This document shows, one piece after another, positions 49,643-60,594 of a stretch of DNA of 64,000 bases. Below the pieces are notes generated by a model. The model did no database searches and was not told where the DNA came from. It saw nothing but the letters and a program-made list of their open reading frames with translations. Source of the DNA: Angustibacter luteus (GTDB taxonomy: Bacteria > Actinomycetota > Actinomycetes > Actinomycetales > Angustibacteraceae); assembly GCF_039541115.1 (NCBI RefSeq), contig NZ_BAABFP010000005.1, positions 682,001 to 746,000 on the forward strand. The letters are read 5' to 3'. Both the position numbers and the translations under genes were made by a program. Positions within the stretch are counted from its first letter, which is position 1; each line of letters opens with the position of its first letter.

Positions 49643-50140
49643 TCAGGCGGGGTCGTGGGCGGTCAGCTGGTGCACGACCTCCAGCGCGGCGAAGTGCACC
49701 GTGCTCAACGGGTGGATGCCGTCGACCAGTGGGCGCTCCCCCGCGACGACCACCCGCTGCCCCTGCCGGGTGAGCGCACGCATCGCGACGTAGCCGGCGC
49801 CCGGCAGGGCAAGGCTGTCCGTGGGCTCGAGGTCCTCGAGCCGCGACTGCAGCACGAGCAACAGGCCGATGACGGCGGCGCGAACGTCGACGTCCGCCGC
49901 GCCGCCGCCGCTCGAGTGCTTTCCGGTGCTGGTGAACAGCTCGGCGCTGCCGCCGGCGAGCGCCACGAGGGTCGAACCGCCCCACGGCAGGCCGGTCTCG
50001 ACGACGGCGGCCCAGACGTCGGGCAGGCGGGGTGTCGGCGTCCAGTCGACGGCCTGCGGTGTGCGGGTGAGCACGTCGAGCCGGTGGGCCTCGTACTCCG
50101 CCCTGGGGTCGCGCAGCGCGGCGCGCCGTCGTCCGAACAC
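49643..50140 (-). CDS. Hypothetical protein
   Basis: VFGRRR...TLVALAGGSAELFTSTG; TACCGT -10 lies 6 nt before the GTG. Confidence 0.6.
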   Translation of the reverse strand: MFGRRRAALRDPRAEYEAHRLDVLTRTPQAVDWTPTPRLPDVWAAVVETGLPWGGSTLVALAGGSAELFTSTGKHSSGGGAADVDVRAAVIGLLLVLQSRLEDLEPTDSLALPGAGYVAMRALTRQGQRVVVAGERPLVDGIHPLSTVHFAALEVVHQLTAHDPA

Positions 50141-50160
50141 GTGCTGACGGTAGCCAGTCG

Positions 50161-51384
50161 TCAGCGCAGCGACATCACGGGCTCGCCGAGCGAGGTGAGT
50201 CCGGTGCCGGTGCGGACGCACTCGCCGCCGTGTGGTGCGCCGCCGTTGAACGCCTGGCGCACGCAGCTGCGGTTGGCCAGCTGGGCCCAGTAGTTCGGGT
50301 GCAGCGACTCCTGGATCGAGTACGGGCCGACGACGGTCGAGACGGTGCGGATCTGGTTGACCCACTCGGTCTTGTCGACGGCGCCGCTGGACCGCCAGGA
50401 GCTCAGGCCGACCTCCTCGTAGAGGCCGACAGTGTTCTCGCACAGTCGGCGGCCGTTGTAGGCGCTGGACAGGTCGAGGACGGCGGTGTTGGTGAGGCCC
50501 GAGGCGGTGACGGCCGAGGCGACGGCGGAGTTGATCGTCGGCAGGGCGGTGGTGTTGGCCCAGTCGAGATCCTTGTTCCAGAAGCCGCAGCCGCCGGTGA
50601 ACTGGCGTGAGTACCCGCTCTGCGGGTAGCGGTTCCCGGCGCCCTTGGGCAGCGGTGACGGGTACGTCTGCACCAGTGCGGTCCACTGGGCGTCGGTGTA
50701 GCCGGCGTCCCGCATCGCGGCGCGCACGTTGCGCAGCGCGTTGGCGATCTTGTCGCTGACCGCCGCGACGTTGGCTGCGGTGAAGTTGGTGCGCACGGAT
50801 GAGTCGTCGTTGCAGTAGTTCGGCAGCCAGGACGGCGACGTCAGGAAGTCCGTGACGCACTGCTGGACGACGCCGGCGAAGTTGAAGTCGTTGCCGCCGA
50901 TGGACACGACGACGAGCTGGACGTGGTGGCTGCCGGCGAACGTGCGCAGCGCGGCGGCCTGGCCCTGCCGTCCGCCGGACCCGGAGTAGAAGTCGAGCCC
51001 GGGCTTGAAGGTGCCGGCGGAGTCCGTGTAGGTAGCGGTCTCGGCACCGGAGCAGGCGAGATTCACGCCGTTCACCCCGCCCCCGAGGTACGCCTCGGCC
51101 GAGGCACTGCGGTGGCACTTGGGGATGGTCTCCGCGGTTCCGCTGGCGTTGTCGTAGTAGGCGGTCGGGCCGAGCGCGTCGGCGCGGCTGCTGCTGGCGT
51201 TCGACGCGCCGGCCCAGCGACCTGCCTCACCGCTGATGTAGCTGTCCCCCACCGTCACGACCCACGGGGCCCCTCCACCGGGCCCATCTGCTGCGGCCGG
51301 AGCCGCTGCCACCAGCCCCCCTGCGGCGGTGGCGCCCATCGTGCAGCACAGGACGGTGATCAGCTGGAGCCTCGAACCGAGCAT
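50161..51384 (-). CDS. Secreted SGNH/GDSL-type hydrolase
   Basis: Signal peptide, GDSY, NLACSGA, IGGND, ESLHP. Confidence 0.82.
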   Translation of the reverse strand: MLGSRLQLITVLCCTMGATAAGGLVAAAPAAADGPGGGAPWVVTVGDSYISGEAGRWAGASNASSSRADALGPTAYYDNASGTAETIPKCHRSASAEAYLGGGVNGVNLACSGAETATYTDSAGTFKPGLDFYSGSGGRQGQAAALRTFAGSHHVQLVVVSIGGNDFNFAGVVQQCVTDFLTSPSWLPNYCNDDSSVRTNFTAANVAAVSDKIANALRNVRAAMRDAGYTDAQWTALVQTYPSPLPKGAGNRYPQSGYSRQFTGGCGFWNKDLDWANTTALPTINSAVASAVTASGLTNTAVLDLSSAYNGRRLCENTVGLYEEVGLSSWRSSGAVDKTEWVNQIRTVSTVVGPYSIQESLHPNYWAQLANRSCVRQAFNGGAPHGGECVRTGTGLTSLGEPVMSLR

Positions 51385-51516
51385 GGGAACCCCCGGGCGA
51401 CGGTGACCGGACAGCCGTCACTCTGGCACGGGGAGCCGGCCAAGTTACCCATCGGTAGGCAAAGGATTCGTTCGCATCAAGCCAAGTCGCCGCGACGGGC
51501 AGTGCGCTCGTCGGCC

Positions 51517-51538
51517 CGTCGGTGCCTGCCGACACAAT
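51517..51538 (+). promoter_or_regulatory. Degenerate PafBC/RecA-NDp-like promoter of the second polymerase
   Basis: CGTCGG-tgcctgccga-CACAAT (2 mismatches), 6 nt before the GTG. Confidence 0.45.
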
Positions 51539-51544
51539 GTGCGC

Positions 51545-53338
51545 GTGCCTGCCGACGACGCCGTGACCTGCTTGCGGCAGGCCGGTGCCCAGCGCGGCGC
51601 GCTGGTCGCCCTCGTGGTGCATCCGGACGTCGGTGCCGCGCTGGCGTTCGGCGACCGGTCGTGGTCCTGGCCGCGCGAGGACACCGCACCGCAGGCGCTG
51701 GCGCAGCGGGTCGAGGACGAGCTCCGCCCCCGCTGGGTGTGGTGGTCCGCGGCCGCGTCACTGGGCCGGCTGCGGACGTCGGGGCTCCACCTGGCGACCT
51801 GCTGGGACCTAGCGGTGGCGCACCGGATGCTGGCCGGCGGTCAGCGGGACGGGCCGCCGGACATCTGGTCCCTGGTGCACGACCTCGATCCCGACTCAGC
51901 GCCGCGGACCGGCCAGCTCGACCTGCTGGGCACGGCCGCCGAGCCGTCACCCGCGGGCCGGGCCGGCCCCGAGTCCTCCGCCGGCCCCGAGTCCCCCGTC
52001 GACTCCAGCGGGCACCTGCGGGCCGAGTGGGTGGACGGTGGGTGGGGCCGCACCGAAGCACGGTTGCGCGCTTGGGCCCTGCTGGTCCTGCGCGTGCAGA
52101 CGCTCCAGGCCGGCCGGCTCGCCGAGCGGGGCCGTCACCCCACGGTCTCCGGCGAACCCGAACGCGCCGTTCACGCGGAGTCGGCCGCCGCGATGCTGTG
52201 CGTCGAGCTGGAGCGCGACGGCCTGCCGATCGACGTCCCGCAGGCCGAGCAGCTGATCGACGAGGCGGTCGGGCCGCGTCCGGCCGACGCCCACCAGGCG
52301 GCAGCGCTGCGGCGGGCCCGGGACCTGGAGGTCATGCGGCACGCGCCGCAGTCGGACGGGGTGAGCGTCGACCTGCGCAACCCCGCCCAGGTGCGCGGGC
52401 TGCTCGCCGGGATCGGCATCGACGTGCCCGACACCCGGTCGTGGCGGCTCGAGCCCTGGCGGGAGCAGCACCCGCTGGTGGAGGCGCTGCTGGCCTGGCG
52501 CAAGGCCGACCGGATCGGCACGACCTACGGCTACACCTGGCTCGACCGGTTCGTCGGGCCTGACGCGCGGCTGCGCGGTCCCTGGCAGGCCAGCGACGGC
52601 GCGGCGGGGCGGATGACCGCGGGCGCAGGGCTGCACAACCTGCCCGCCGAGCTGCGCCCAGCGGTCGCAGCACCCGCCGGGCACGTGCTGGTCCGCGCCG
52701 ACCTGGGCCAGATCGAGCCGCGGGTCCTGGCCGCCATCTCCGGCGATCCCGCGCTGACCAGCGCCACCCTCGAGGACGATCTCTACCTGCCGGTGGCGCA
52801 GCGGTTGCGGGTCGAGCGACCCATCGCCAAGGTGGCCGTGCTGGCCGCGATGTACGGCCAGACCAGCGGCACGGCAGGCGAGGCGCTGAAGGGCCTCGAC
52901 CGGGCCTACCCGGTCGCGATGCAGTACCTGCGCCGGGCCAGCGACGAGGGCCGGGCCGGTCGTCCCGTCTTCACCCACGGTGGCCGGCGGGTGCCCATGT
53001 GGGGCCAGCTTGAGGGGCTGGCACCGGACGCCCAGAGCTCGCTCGCCGCAGCCCGGGGCCGGTTCGCCCGCAACGCCGTGGTGCAGGGCTCGGCCGCCGA
53101 GCTGTTCAAGGCCTGGGCCGTGACCGTGCGCGCCCAGGCGCGGGCACTCAACGCCCGCGTGGTGCTCTGCCTGCACGACGAGCTGCTGGTCGAGTGCCCG
53201 ACCGAGCGCGCCGACGAGGCCGTCGCCCTGCTGCACCGCACCCTCGACGTCGTCGGGGCGGCCTGGGCCCCACGGTCCGCGGTCCGGTTCGTCGCGGACG
53301 TGCGGGTCGTCCACCGCTGGTCCGAGGCCAAGGAGTGA
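51545..53338 (+). CDS. Second family-A DNA polymerase lacking the 5' nuclease domain
   Basis: Motif A ADLGQIEPR, motif B AKVAVLAAMYG, NAVVQGSAA, motif C LHDEL. Confidence 0.88.
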   Translation: MPADDAVTCLRQAGAQRGALVALVVHPDVGAALAFGDRSWSWPREDTAPQALAQRVEDELRPRWVWWSAAASLGRLRTSGLHLATCWDLAVAHRMLAGGQRDGPPDIWSLVHDLDPDSAPRTGQLDLLGTAAEPSPAGRAGPESSAGPESPVDSSGHLRAEWVDGGWGRTEARLRAWALLVLRVQTLQAGRLAERGRHPTVSGEPERAVHAESAAAMLCVELERDGLPIDVPQAEQLIDEAVGPRPADAHQAAALRRARDLEVMRHAPQSDGVSVDLRNPAQVRGLLAGIGIDVPDTRSWRLEPWREQHPLVEALLAWRKADRIGTTYGYTWLDRFVGPDARLRGPWQASDGAAGRMTAGAGLHNLPAELRPAVAAPAGHVLVRADLGQIEPRVLAAISGDPALTSATLEDDLYLPVAQRLRVERPIAKVAVLAAMYGQTSGTAGEALKGLDRAYPVAMQYLRRASDEGRAGRPVFTHGGRRVPMWGQLEGLAPDAQSSLAAARGRFARNAVVQGSAAELFKAWAVTVRAQARALNARVVLCLHDELLVECPTERADEAVALLHRTLDVVGAAWAPRSAVRFVADVRVVHRWSEAKE

Positions 53339-53351
53339 CACGATCGACCCC

Positions 53352-54188
53352 ATGAGCAACCCCGTCCACACCGCCTTCGTCCTGGGCGGGGGCGGAGTCC
53401 TGGGCGCCAGCGAGGTCGGCATGCTGCAGGCCCTGCACGAGCACGGCATCCGAGCCGATCTGGTGGTCGGGACCAGCATCGGCGCGATCAACGGTGCCCT
53501 GCACGCGGCGCACCCGCAGGACAGCGCGACCCTGGCCCGGCTCTGGCAGTCGATGGCCGGCTCAGCGGTGTTCGGCCGCGGCGCCGCGCAGCGCATCCGG
53601 CACGTCGCCCGCACCCAGATCGCCCTGCATGGGAACGAGGCGCTGCGCGCCCTGCTCGACTCGCAGCTGCGCGGCCGGACGTTCGCCGACCTGGCGATCC
53701 CCTTCGAGTGCTGTGCCGCCTCGATCGAGCGGGCCGCCGAGCACTGGTTCGACGAGGGCCCGCTGGTCGACGCCATCCTCGCCTCCAGCGCGGTACCCGG
53801 CCTGTTCCCCCCGGTGCAGATCGGCGGCGAGCACTTCCTGGACGGCGGGTTGGTCAACTCCATCCCGATCGGCCGGGCCATCCAGCGGGGCGCCCAGCAG
53901 GTCTTCGTCCTGCAGGTGGGCCGGGTCGAGCGACCACTGTCACCACCCACCCGGCCGTGGGACGTCGCCACCGTGTCCTTCGAGATCGCCCGTCGGCACC
54001 GGTTCGCTCGCGACCTGGCCGAGGTCCCGGACGGGGTGAACGTGCACGTGCTGCCCAGCGGTGACGCGGAGACCCCGCTGGCCTCGGTGCGCTACCGCAG
54101 CACCGCAGCCGTCCCCCGACGGATCGAGCAGGCCCGTCAGGCCACCGCCGACTTCCTGGCCGCCCTCGCGGACGAGCCGAGGGACTGA
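53352..54188 (+). CDS. Patatin-like phospholipase
   Basis: GGGGVLG, GTSIG, DGG. Confidence 0.92.
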   Translation: MSNPVHTAFVLGGGGVLGASEVGMLQALHEHGIRADLVVGTSIGAINGALHAAHPQDSATLARLWQSMAGSAVFGRGAAQRIRHVARTQIALHGNEALRALLDSQLRGRTFADLAIPFECCAASIERAAEHWFDEGPLVDAILASSAVPGLFPPVQIGGEHFLDGGLVNSIPIGRAIQRGAQQVFVLQVGRVERPLSPPTRPWDVATVSFEIARRHRFARDLAEVPDGVNVHVLPSGDAETPLASVRYRSTAAVPRRIEQARQATADFLAALADEPRD

Positions 54189-54189
54189 C

Positions 54190-55212
54190 GTGCTGCCACC
54201 GAAGATCGTGCGGCGCCTGGTGCTGGCCCCGGCCATGGTGCTGCTCGCCCTCGTCGCGGTCACCGCCGCACCCGTGTGGCTCATCCTGCTCACCGCGGTG
54301 TCCCCGCTGGTGCCCTGGGGGCGTTGGCGCCTGCTGCGCGTCGGCTGGCTCGTCCTGCTGCACCTGCTGCTCGAGGCCGGCATCCTGCTCGCGCTGTTCG
54401 TGCTGTGGGTGCTCAGCGGCTTCGGCTGGTGGATGCGGCGGCCGGCGTTCGAGCGCACCCACTACGACATCGTGCAGTTCTACCTGAACGTCCTGTTCCG
54501 CGAGGCCCGACGCGTGCTCGGCGTCCACGTCGAGGTCGAGGGACCGGCGCCCTCGTCCTACGAGGGCCGTCCACTCCTGGTGTTCTGCCGGCACGCCGGC
54601 CCCGGCGACTCCTTCCTGCTGATCCACGCACTGGTCAACTGGTACGACCGCGAGCCGCGCATCGTGCTCAAGGACACGCTCCAGTGGGACCCGGCGATCG
54701 ACGTCCTGCTCGGCCGGCTGCCGACCCGCTTCATCCGGCCCAAGCGAGGCGACGGCGACGCCCTGGTCCGCCAGATCGGCGACCTGGCCACCGGGCTGGA
54801 CCACGACGACGCGTTCGTCATCTTCCCCGAAGGTGGCAACTTCACCCGGCGCCGTCAGGCCCGCGCGATCGCCCGGCTCCGCGAGAAGGGCCTCATCGAC
54901 GCGGCCGAGCGGGCCCAGCGGCTGCGGCACGTGCTCCCCCCGCACCCCGGCGGAGTCAGCGCGGCGCTACGCGCCGCCCCGGACGCGGACGTGGTCTGGG
55001 TCGCGCACACCGGCACGGACCACCTGATGTCGGTCGCCGACGTCTGGCGGGCCCTGCCGCTGGACCAGACGATCCGGATGCGCTGGTGGCAGGTCCCCGC
55101 GGACGAGGTCCCCGAGTCGGACGCCGACCGGCTGGTGTGGCTGCAGGACTGGTGGGTCCGGATCGACGACTGGATCGACGAGCACCGGACGGTCCCCGTT
55201 CCCGAGGCCTGA
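54190..55212 (+). CDS. Membrane acyltransferase (PlsC-like)
   Basis: N-terminal TMs, HAGPGD (HX4D), FPEG. Confidence 0.86.
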   Translation: MLPPKIVRRLVLAPAMVLLALVAVTAAPVWLILLTAVSPLVPWGRWRLLRVGWLVLLHLLLEAGILLALFVLWVLSGFGWWMRRPAFERTHYDIVQFYLNVLFREARRVLGVHVEVEGPAPSSYEGRPLLVFCRHAGPGDSFLLIHALVNWYDREPRIVLKDTLQWDPAIDVLLGRLPTRFIRPKRGDGDALVRQIGDLATGLDHDDAFVIFPEGGNFTRRRQARAIARLREKGLIDAAERAQRLRHVLPPHPGGVSAALRAAPDADVVWVAHTGTDHLMSVADVWRALPLDQTIRMRWWQVPADEVPESDADRLVWLQDWWVRIDDWIDEHRTVPVPEA

Positions 55213-55318
55213 GCCGACGCCGCCCGCGGTTCGCCTCGCGGTGGCGGGCCAGGTGCGCCATCATCGTGGCCGCCTCGTGACACGCCTGGTGGAGGCACAC
55301 GGAGACGGAAGGGCGAAC

Positions 55319-56134
55319 ATGACCTCGCAAGGACTGTCCGGCCAGGCCAGTGACACCGCACGGCGGGCCGCCAACAGCAAGTGGCTCGAGCGCACGGCCC
55401 GGATCGGGTTCGTGGTCAGCGGGCTGCTGCACCTGCTCATCGCCTGGATCGCGCTGCAGATCGCCTGGACCAACGCCAAGGCCCGGGCCGACCAGTCCGG
55501 CGCGCTGGGGATGCTGGCTGACCACAGCTGGGGTGTCGTCGTGCTGTGGCTCGGCGTGCTCGGCTTCGTCGGACTCACCTTGTGGCAGATCGCCGACGCA
55601 CTCCTCGGCCGCCACGGAGGCGACGCCAAGGAGGTCGCCGGGGCCCGGATCAAGGCAGCGTCCAAGGCGGTGGTCTACGCGGCGCTCGCCTACACGACCT
55701 TCGCCTTCGCCCACGGCGCCGGGAAGTCCAGCAGCAAGCAGACGAAGGACTTCACGCACTCCCTGCTGTCCCACAGCGGCGGACGCGTCCTGGTCGTCGT
55801 CATCGGCCTGGTCGTGATCGGCGTCGGCGTCTACCACGTCTACAAGGGCTGGACCCGCGGCTTCCACAAGGACCTCGTGCAGCACCCCGGCACGACCGTC
55901 GAGTACCTCGGCGTCGCCGGCTACATCGCGAAGGGCATCGCGCTGGTCGTGGTGGGTGGACTGTTCTGCCTGGCCGGCTTCCAGAAGCAGGCGAGCGAGG
56001 CGACGGGCCTGGACGGGGCTCTGAAGACGTTGCGCGAGCAGCCGGCGGGTTCCTGGCTGCTCACCGTCGTGGCCCTCGGCCTGGCCGCCTACGGCCTCTA
56101 CTCGTTCGCCCGGGCCCGGTACGCCAAGCTCTGA
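55319..56134 (+). CDS. DUF1206 membrane protein
   Basis: ARIG..GLLH..I, GYIAKG, GLDGAL, GLAAYG. Confidence 0.85.
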   Translation: MTSQGLSGQASDTARRAANSKWLERTARIGFVVSGLLHLLIAWIALQIAWTNAKARADQSGALGMLADHSWGVVVLWLGVLGFVGLTLWQIADALLGRHGGDAKEVAGARIKAASKAVVYAALAYTTFAFAHGAGKSSSKQTKDFTHSLLSHSGGRVLVVVIGLVVIGVGVYHVYKGWTRGFHKDLVQHPGTTVEYLGVAGYIAKGIALVVVGGLFCLAGFQKQASEATGLDGALKTLREQPAGSWLLTVVALGLAAYGLYSFARARYAKL

Positions 56135-56183
56135 CCCGGCCCGTCCCACAGCACCGACAGGGCTGTGGACGACGGCCACGCGA

Positions 56184-56205
56184 TGTCGGCCGCCTCGCGT
56201 ACGGT
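56184..56205 (+). promoter_or_regulatory. PafBC/RecA-NDp-type promoter of recQ
   Basis: TGTCGG-ccgcctcgcg-TACGGT, exact match, 7 nt before the GTG. Confidence 0.75.
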
Positions 56206-56212
56206 GCCTCAG

Positions 56213-58342
<2,130 letters not shown>

Positions 58343-58347
58343 GCCGG

Positions 58348-58989
58348 CTAGCCGCAGGCCCCAGAGCCGATGCTGCTCAGCACCGCCTTGCGTACCGCGG
58401 CGCCCGAGCCCCCTGGGGGCGCCTGGATGCCGACTCCGTACCGCTGCGACCCCGCCGTGTACAACCACATCGAGTACGTGCTCGGAGCCGACGAGCCGGC
58501 CGCGGCCTTGGACGGACTGAGCGACCAGGACGGTGCGTCCGTCCCGTCGGCGAGCGCGACGGTGCCGTGCGTCGCGCGGCCGCTACCGGCCACCAGCCCG
58601 GTGTCCTTACCGAACCGGGCCACCAGCTGGTCCAGCACCTCACGGTCGCTGGCAGTCTCGTCCTCGGACCACGGGTAGACGGCGACGGTGCTCCATCGCG
58701 GGCTGCGGGGGGCGCGGTCGTACCGCAGGGCTGCCTGCGACTTCGGGCCCTGGACCGAGTCGCGGACGAAGCCGGCAGGCACGCTCAGGTGGACAGCCGC
58801 GGCGTCGGTGCCGGTCGTCGTGCACAGCGGGGAGGCCAGCGTCTCCAAGGGTTTCGCCGCCGCGGGAGCGGGATCGGTCCCGGCCGCTTTCGCGGCGTGG
58901 TCGGCGGCGCTGCAGGCCGCCAGGGTGGTGGGAAGCAGGAGTGCGAGGGCCAGGCACGTGAGCGCCCGGGCGCCAGCTGATGAGGACAT
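58348..58989 (-). CDS. Putative lipoprotein
   Basis: Hydrophobic leader with lipobox LAAC; CATAAT -10 lies 7 nt before the ATG. Confidence 0.65.
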   Translation of the reverse strand: MSSSAGARALTCLALALLLPTTLAACSAADHAAKAAGTDPAPAAAKPLETLASPLCTTTGTDAAAVHLSVPAGFVRDSVQGPKSQAALRYDRAPRSPRWSTVAVYPWSEDETASDREVLDQLVARFGKDTGLVAGSGRATHGTVALADGTDAPSWSLSPSKAAAGSSAPSTYSMWLYTAGSQRYGVGIQAPPGGSGAAVRKAVLSSIGSGACG

Positions 58990-59067
58990 GCGGCGCATTA
59001 TGCCCGATTCCGGACACAGCGCGACAGCGTCGGAGACAGCCAGTCACGAAGCCCGGTGAGGCAGCCG

Positions 59068-60015
59068 TCAAGCGGCGGCGACGCGGGCAGCCTCGTGCGC
59101 CAGGACCAGAGCATCCGCATCAGCACACGCCACATCGGGCTGGACGCCGACGCCCTCCCAGTTGGTCCCGGAGACGGGGTTGACGCCGCGCCCGGTAGGG
59201 ACGGTGACCTCGAGGTGCGGGTGGACGGTCCACCCCTCGTACGGCTGGGCTCCCCCACCGCTCGGCTCCCCCACGACGACGGCCCGACCCAGCTGCTGCA
59301 GGTCGTAGGCGAGCTCCTCGGCACCCGAGAAGGTGCGCCCGTCGATCAGGACGTAGACGGGCTTGGTCCCCCCGAAGCGCGCCCCCGGTACGTGCGGCAG
59401 CGTCCAGGACTGGTCGTCGCGCTCACGCCGTTCGCCGTCGCGCCAGTGCATCGTGTTCAGGTGGGTGCGCTCGTCGAGCAGGTAGCTGCAGATGAACGCC
59501 ACCGTGTCCGGGTCCCCGCCGCCGTTGCCGCGCACGTCCAGGATCAGGGCGCTCGCGGGGGCGACGAGGGTGAGCGCGGCGGCCAGCGGCTGGGCGGCCC
59601 AGGCCAACGGGAACAGCGCCGGCGACAGCTTCAGCAGGGCCACCCCGCCATCGAGGAGCCGGACGAGCGGGACGCCACCCAGCGAGACGTCGAAGTCGCT
59701 GCGCATCCGGGACAGCGTGGCGGCGCCCTGCTCGGCGGGCACCGGCACGTGGTGGTGGCGCAGGCCGAGGTGGCCGTCCCCGTTGAGGGAGCGCAGGTCC
59801 TGCGTGACCAGATCAGCGAGCTGCTCGGCGTCGGCCCCGTCGTACCCGCCGTCGGCGAGCCGCTGACGCAGCAGCCGCGCCAGGTCCGCGCCGACGTCCG
59901 GGAAGACGTAGTGCTGGTCGACCAGGCGGGCGGACTCCTCGATGACCTCGGCGATGAGGGGCGGGCTGACCTGCTCCGTAACGGTGTTGGCGGGGCGGAT
60001 GGTCGACGAGGTCAT
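59068..60015 (-). CDS. S41 family peptidase
   Basis: DGHL, DVRGNGGG, TFSGAEE, VVGE, WEGVGVQPD. Confidence 0.9.
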   Translation of the reverse strand: MTSSTIRPANTVTEQVSPPLIAEVIEESARLVDQHYVFPDVGADLARLLRQRLADGGYDGADAEQLADLVTQDLRSLNGDGHLGLRHHHVPVPAEQGAATLSRMRSDFDVSLGGVPLVRLLDGGVALLKLSPALFPLAWAAQPLAAALTLVAPASALILDVRGNGGGDPDTVAFICSYLLDERTHLNTMHWRDGERRERDDQSWTLPHVPGARFGGTKPVYVLIDGRTFSGAEELAYDLQQLGRAVVVGEPSGGGAQPYEGWTVHPHLEVTVPTGRGVNPVSGTNWEGVGVQPDVACADADALVLAHEAARVAAA

Positions 60016-60070
60016 GCGAGAACTACAGCGCACCGACGGCTAAGTGTCAAGAATCCTGTACGCTTTGGAC

Positions 60071-60580
60071 ATGGACGACGAGCAGGTGGTGACGACACCC
60101 GCGCAGCACGCGGCACTAGGCCATCCCCTACGCCAACGGCTGCTGCTGGCGCTGGGGCAAGGACCCAGCACGATCAGCCGTCTCGCGGGCCAGCTGCAGG
60201 TCGGAAAGGGCAGCGTCGCGCACCACCTCAGGGTGCTGCGCGAGGCCGGCCTGGTGGTGGCGGCCGAACGCCGCCAGGTGCGCGGCGGCACCGAGCAGTA
60301 CTACCAGCGCACGACCCGTCGCCTGGTCAGCGCGGACCCCCAGCCCTCGCACACCGCCGCCGTGCTCAACGCAGTCGCGACCGACATCGCCGCGTCGCCG
60401 GTCGAGACGACCTTGCAGCTGCGCCAGGTGCGACTGTCCGCCAAGCAGGCCCACCGGCTCACCGAGCTGCTGACCCGGCTCGTCGACAAGGTGGAGGAGG
60501 CTGACACCGACGAGCCGGTGCACGGCGTGCTCGTCGCGGTCTACCAGAAGGCCGACGAGCCCCGGGACCCGTCCTCCTGA
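60071..60580 (+). CDS. ArsR-like winged HTH regulator
   Basis: ALGHPLRQRLL, HHLRVLREAGLV, EQYY; divergent from the S41 peptidase. Confidence 0.85.
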   Translation: MDDEQVVTTPAQHAALGHPLRQRLLLALGQGPSTISRLAGQLQVGKGSVAHHLRVLREAGLVVAAERRQVRGGTEQYYQRTTRRLVSADPQPSHTAAVLNAVATDIAASPVETTLQLRQVRLSAKQAHRLTELLTRLVDKVEEADTDEPVHGVLVAVYQKADEPRDPSS

Positions 60581-60594
60581 GTCGAACGACCAGG

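Noticed and set aside
60042..60065. Imperfect palindrome between the S41 peptidase and the HTH regulator
   Set aside because: Only 8 of 12 positions pair; a plausible operator but too weak to call.
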